A stretch of 64,000 bases of DNA from Raillietiella orientalis (lineage: Eukaryota): NCBI GenBank assembly GCA_036172245.1, contig JAYWIR010000003.1, forward strand, positions 5,704,001 through 5,768,000, in the 5' to 3' direction. The position numbers were made by a program, and so were the translations under genes. Shown in pieces: positions 59,400 through 64,000 of the stretch (positions are counted from its first letter, which is position 1; the number at the start of each line of letters is the position of its first letter). The notes under the pieces are model-generated. The model saw nothing but the letters and a program-made list of their open reading frames with translations. It had not been told where the DNA came from and searched no databases.

Positions 59400-61450
59400 G
59401 TTTTCCCCGGAGCGTGGGAGGGGGTCACAAGGAAGCGAGGTCAATGCCTTCCGGGTGGGCCATGCGCCGCTGGAGAGAGCAGCAAGCAGGGCTACCCCTC
59501 CCCCAGGCCGAGTCTCCAGAGGCAGTGGAGAGACGCGCCAGCTGCCTCCCCGAAAGAGTGGTGGCAGCTGGAGCGCTCTGTGGTAGGGCTGACGCTTCGG
59601 GCGTTTCGCCCGGTGGAGCGGCGCCACGGGATGGTGCCATGTTCTTCCCTTGGGTTTTCCGCGTTCCGCTCTCGCCGCAGAACCTCGACATCTCCCTCTT
59701 CCTGAGGAATCGTGGGGGCAAGTTGCTCACCTCTATGCTTGCTGACCTGACTGGCCCCCGTCCTGCTCCCCTTCCCTCTTCCCAACGCATGCTCCAGGGC
59801 TGCTTCCGGTCTTCTGCTTTCAGGAGGTTCAAGTGGATTGCCTGCTGGCACGTCGAAAGTACTTCAGGTGCGCCCGGCTGTTCAGCATCGGTCCACGTGA
59901 GAGCGCTTCACCTGCATGGAGGCCGAGGGGTTCGGCCTGCAGGCGCCGGTGCGAGCAGCGCCGCCGTTCCGTCCCGCGCGCTCTCGTGCGCCTCCTCCTA
60001 GAAAAAGGGATGGGGGGAGCTTCCTTCCTTCCTTCCTTTCTTCCTGCGAGAGAAGAGGATGGTGCCGGTGGGAGTAAAGTTGTCCAGCCAGGAAGGCCCC
60101 TCATCTCCCCTCGCTTGCTTGGCGACTCACGGCGGTGCTTTGGCCACGCGTGGTGGCAGGGGTGGGTGGGCTCGATGAGGTGGCTGCCGTCCTTCTGCCC
60201 CCACCCTCTCCTGGGGCTCCGCAGCCACCCATCGCACCACCACCTCTCTTCTCTGTGGAGCCCCGGGCCACCGAGGCGCGCGCGTCTTTGTCCCTAGGCG
60301 CAGGCGCGGCAGCTCCGCCGGCGAGAGAGTCTTCCAGGGAAGTGGGTCGCAGAGTCGCCTCAGGAAAAGGCAGGATCTTCGCTCAGTCTTCCTCGCCTCC
60401 ATCCACGGCCGCTCCCCACTGCCGCCTCAGGGACTGGAGCGACGAATCCCCGAGCTGCGACTCCAGCTGGGGCGCACCTTTGCTCCGCGGGAGGGGGGAA
60501 GGGAGGAGGAGGAATAGAGAGATGCGCGCCGCGGTCCTGTGCACTGCTGGGGTCACCTGGTGCCAGCTTCGCTCCAGGGACGTCCCGAGGAGGCAGTGGG
60601 CAGGGGAGGATTCCTGCTTCCTCCCCTTTCTCCCCGCTCCGACATGAGCCGGGAGGAGAGCGCCTCGCTCTCGTCCGGGAGGGTTCGCAGGAGGAGCCGC
60701 TAGGGAGGACGGCGAAAGCGCGCCTTTCCTTCGGGAAGGAACGGGGAAGGGGAGTAGGGAAGCCGAGGGGGGGGGGGACGCGCGCGGCGTGCCGAGGGGG
60801 GAAAGAAAATCACAGGAAGCTCCAGGGAAGGCATATAATCAGCGGCGCTTTCAGCCTGAGGCTTTTCCCGTTTCCCTGTTGCGCCTCCGGAAAGGGAGAG
60901 CAGCCGCGAGTGCGGCCTGATTGGCCGGAGGAAGAGAGCGGCCCGCCATCTGATTGGATCCGGAGGGGGGAAACCGCGGAGGAGACCGGCGGAAGACGGA
61001 ATTCTGAGAGAGGGACGGGCTCGCCCTCAGGGGACGCCTGCGTTCCGAGGGAATCCTAGAGCTCCTCACGGGCACGCCGGTGCGGGGCGCGTTCCTCCCC
61101 CAGAGGGACCCGGATATCCGTCTGGAAGGAACACGGAAAAGGGGAAGAGGGGCGGGACAGCGGCCGCGGAAAGGGGGATACTCCCGCTTCTTCCTCTCTC
61201 CTCCTGCGGCACTTTGCTCCCCCCTCTCCTTTGCGGCGTGGAGGTCCCTGGACTTACCTTTTCCCTCCCTTTCGCCTTTCCCTCCGTCGAGCAGGGGAGT
61301 AGCGGATCATGCAGGAGGCCACCGTCGAGAGCCGCCCGGGTCTCCAAGCGCCTTTCGTTTCCCCCCCTTCGACCTGCCCACCCCACGGACAGCGCGATGG
61401 AGGAGGTGCCCCACGACCTTACAGAGAGGTCCCGGAGGTCACTGCTCCGT
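59400..61450 (-). mobile_element. Possible very decayed RTE-like reverse transcriptase
   Basis: FSVFLPDG (~61140), FLPEGKARF (~60740), AVHRTAARISLFLLL (~60546, cf. GVHQGSALSPLLF), RKTE (~60393), HLKYF (~59870) and GEQLA...IPW (~59730-59625). Spacing is irregular and GC-rich sequence makes over-matching likely. Confidence 0.3.
60917..60957. promoter_or_regulatory. Tandem CCAAT boxes (CTGATTGG x2, 33 bp apart) with an adjacent YY1-like CGCCATCT
   Basis: CTGATTGG at 60917-60924 and 60950-60957, CGCCATCT at 60944-60951, and an AT patch CATATAAT at 60832-60839 in otherwise GC-rich DNA. Motif match only. Confidence 0.3.
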
Positions 61451-64000
61451 GCATCGGCGAGCGGTGGCGGATGGGGGCTCACCACCTCCTAGACCTCCTC
61501 CACTCCCTCCTCCTTCCCCACTTTTTTTTTCCTTTTTTGGTTTTGCGCCCTCCTGGCGCGTGGCGGACTTCAGGTGCAGCGGCGGCTCCTCTTCGGAGAG
61601 GGTCGCGCTCCCTCCGGGTGCGCGATCGGGAGCGGATCACCAACAAGGGGTCATGTCCGCTTCCTTGTCCCCCTCTCTTCTCTGAAGTAGCGATCCCGAG
61701 GTGGCCGCGGGAGCTCCGCCGCCGATTTTCCATCCGGGATTTTTTTTTTTTTTCCCCTTCCCCATCTCGGCGCGCCAGCTGTTCCTCGCTTGCCTCCCCT
61801 TCCTCTCAGCCTCCTCCGCCCCCTCCGCTCCTCTCTTCCCTATCGCAAGTGCTTTCGAAAGCTCCGAAGCTGTCGATGCGTCACAGCATCAGGTGATGGA
61901 GATCAATCATCTCCCAGTATCCTCAGGAAATGGAAACCACCCGGGAGCTGGAATTGGAGGAAGAGAAAGGCACAAACAGGAACGGCGGCGGCAGCCGCAG
62001 CAGCCCGAGATCTCTGGGCCGGAAGGAGGGGTGAGCTTGACGTTCGCTTGCGGGGTGTCGTGGAGCGCCTGTCCGGAGCGCAGCGAGGGATGGTGACGAT
62101 CTCGGTCTCTCTGGAAGGAGAGGCCCGGAGGGGTGGGGGAGTGGGTGAGGAGGAGTGAGGAAGCAGGAGGAACACTTCTGGAGAGTTCTTCGCGACAGCG
62201 ATCCCTCTTTCCCGCAAGAGCACTTCCGCCCGCGCTCCAAAACTCCCCCGCCGCCGTCCGACGACTCGCCCCAAAGCCGGTTCTGAGCCTGCCGCGTTTC
62301 CGTGGCGACGGCTGACCAAGAAAGAGAGGCAGGAGGGCGGGAGGGAGAGGCATTTGGAGGTTCATTGAGGGAGTCCCCTCATGGCCGGGAGGAGAGGCCA
62401 GGCTTCGGAAGATGAGGCGAGCAGATCCTCCGTGGACGCTCCGCCCTGTCTTCCTGGCACCAGCGGCGCATGCGGCTTCCAAGAAGGAGGGATCCGTTCC
62501 TCTTTCTCCCTAGCTTCCCGCCGGCGGAAGTCGTGACGCTCTAGAGGACGCCAGACCGCCCTTTCCTTCCCTATGCCCGTGTGATGGGCGGCGGCGGCGG
62601 TCCAGCGCCCTTCCCGTCGCATGCGCATGAATACTGCGCACGCGAGCGCCGTCCCTGGAACCCTGCTCAACGCAAGAAGGGCAAAAACCACTGTTGGCCC
62701 CTATTCACTTCCCGATGGGCGTGGTCTCGCGACCGGCGATGGTGACGCGAAAGACCTTCCCACCCTCCTGCCGATGGAGGGCGGGGATCCACCCCTTCGA
62801 AAGTCCGAAAGTGGGCGCCATGGGCAGCGCGCGCGGAACCCACCCCACTCGCTTTCCTCTGCTGGGCAAGGCTCTTCCTTTGTTTCTTTTCTCCCTTTCT
62901 CACCTACTCCTTCTCGCTTGGCACAAGTCGCCGCTGGTCGAGGGGATGAGCGCTCCCGCGACTGCGCCATCAGGGAGCCGCCCCCTTAGCTAGCGCCGCA
63001 GGCGGCTCCATCCGTGGCTTCAGCTTCTTATTCGGCGGCGACGACGTCGTCTCGGGCGCTTCGAGGGAGCCGGCCCCTCCCTGACCGTCCAAAGAGACGT
63101 GACGGACATCCTTCGAGCCCTGCGGCGCTTCTCGCAGCACCATTCTCAGTCCGCAGGCCCAGGGCGAGTGCTGCCGCGCCACCTGAATGGGCTTCTTGCG
63201 CACAACGCGCACGCGCACGCCGTACACCTGCGTAGGGGAGGCAGGAGAAGGAGAGGGAGGGAAAACAGGAAGAAGCCTGAAGCTGGGCGGGACGGCTGGC
63301 GAAGCTCACTTCCCGTCTCCCGGACGCCGAACTCGTCCCTAACGTGCCTCCCGGGACATTGTCCTACCATAGTGCCGCTCTTCCTTCAGAATCACTATTC
63401 CGGTTCTCGGGAGCTCCTCACCCTCCTCTTGCCACTGGGAATTCGCGTGCAGCTCCGGAGGCATTCCCACCTGCTCTCTCTTCTTCCCTCTTTCTCGATG
63501 AGGGGAAGAGGGCGGAAAAGAACGAGGTCGCTGCAGGAGAGGAGGACCGCGCTCAGGGGTGGAGATGACCAGGAGAGGCCCTGGATGCGACGCGCGCATC
63601 TGTCCTCAGTCCTCGACGAGCTCTCACCCTGGTGGGCGGATGGTGGGAAAGTCTTTCGCCCTCGCCCACTCATCCCTTTTCTTCCTCCTCCGCTTGTCCA
63701 TCAGCTTGCCATCTGGGTGCAGCATCACTCTCCAGGGGTTATCGGAGGTGTCCTCTGGAGTATAGGGAGTCCTCCTGTCCAGGGTTACCACCGTCTCCGT
63801 CAGCGCCTTTCTCTCTCGCTCGTCCATCCCCTTCCAACTCCTCTCCTCCACATTCCTCGCCCTACCGCGCGAACTTTCGCACTTGGGAACGACCACCCCC
63901 GGAGTTGGGGCTTTTTTTTTTTTCATTTTGGCGTTCTTTCCCTCTACATCCCACTCTCCCTCTTCCCAGCACCTCAAACGAGCAAAGGGACAGAGAGAAA

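Noticed and set aside
1..64000. Hox-cluster miRNAs (miR-10, miR-993, iab-4), a second homeobox, CRISPR arrays or prokaryotic operons
   Set aside because: No matching mature miRNA sequence, second WFQNRR helix, repeat-spacer array or gene-dense organisation seen by eye; an Infernal/miRBase scan would be needed to exclude miRNAs formally.

Overview
Eukaryotic (animal, most likely arthropod) genomic DNA. One intact protein-coding gene is supported: a labial/Hox1 homeobox gene on the minus strand. Exon 1 (39559-38755) encodes a YxICN N-terminal motif, poly-His, poly-Ala and the TYKWMQVKRNVPKP hexapeptide region. A 28,281-bp phase-1 GT-AG intron follows, then exon 2 (10473-10106) with an uninterrupted homeodomain, giving a predicted 390-aa protein. 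I found no other Hox gene, Hox miRNA, rRNA or intact tRNA. Most of the remaining sequence, including the intron, looks like heavily decayed transposable elements: many non-LTR retrotransposon fragments (APE/RT/RNase H motifs), a hAT transposase fossil, an ISL2EU-like THAP + SWIM/YqaJ fossil and a possible Harbinger fossil. These were recognised by eye from degenerate motifs across frameshifts, so boundaries are approximate and clade names provisional. The most unusual element occurs twice in opposite orientations (~150-1299 and ~44625-46560): a tRNA-like Pol III head, a sub-repeated spacer and a LINE ORF1 (gag)-like region, i.e. a candidate tRNA-headed LINE. One copy is split by a nested ~1-kb LINE flanked by a 20-bp degenerate target-site duplication. 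Nearly all ORFs in the supplied track appear to be GC-rich chance ORFs.
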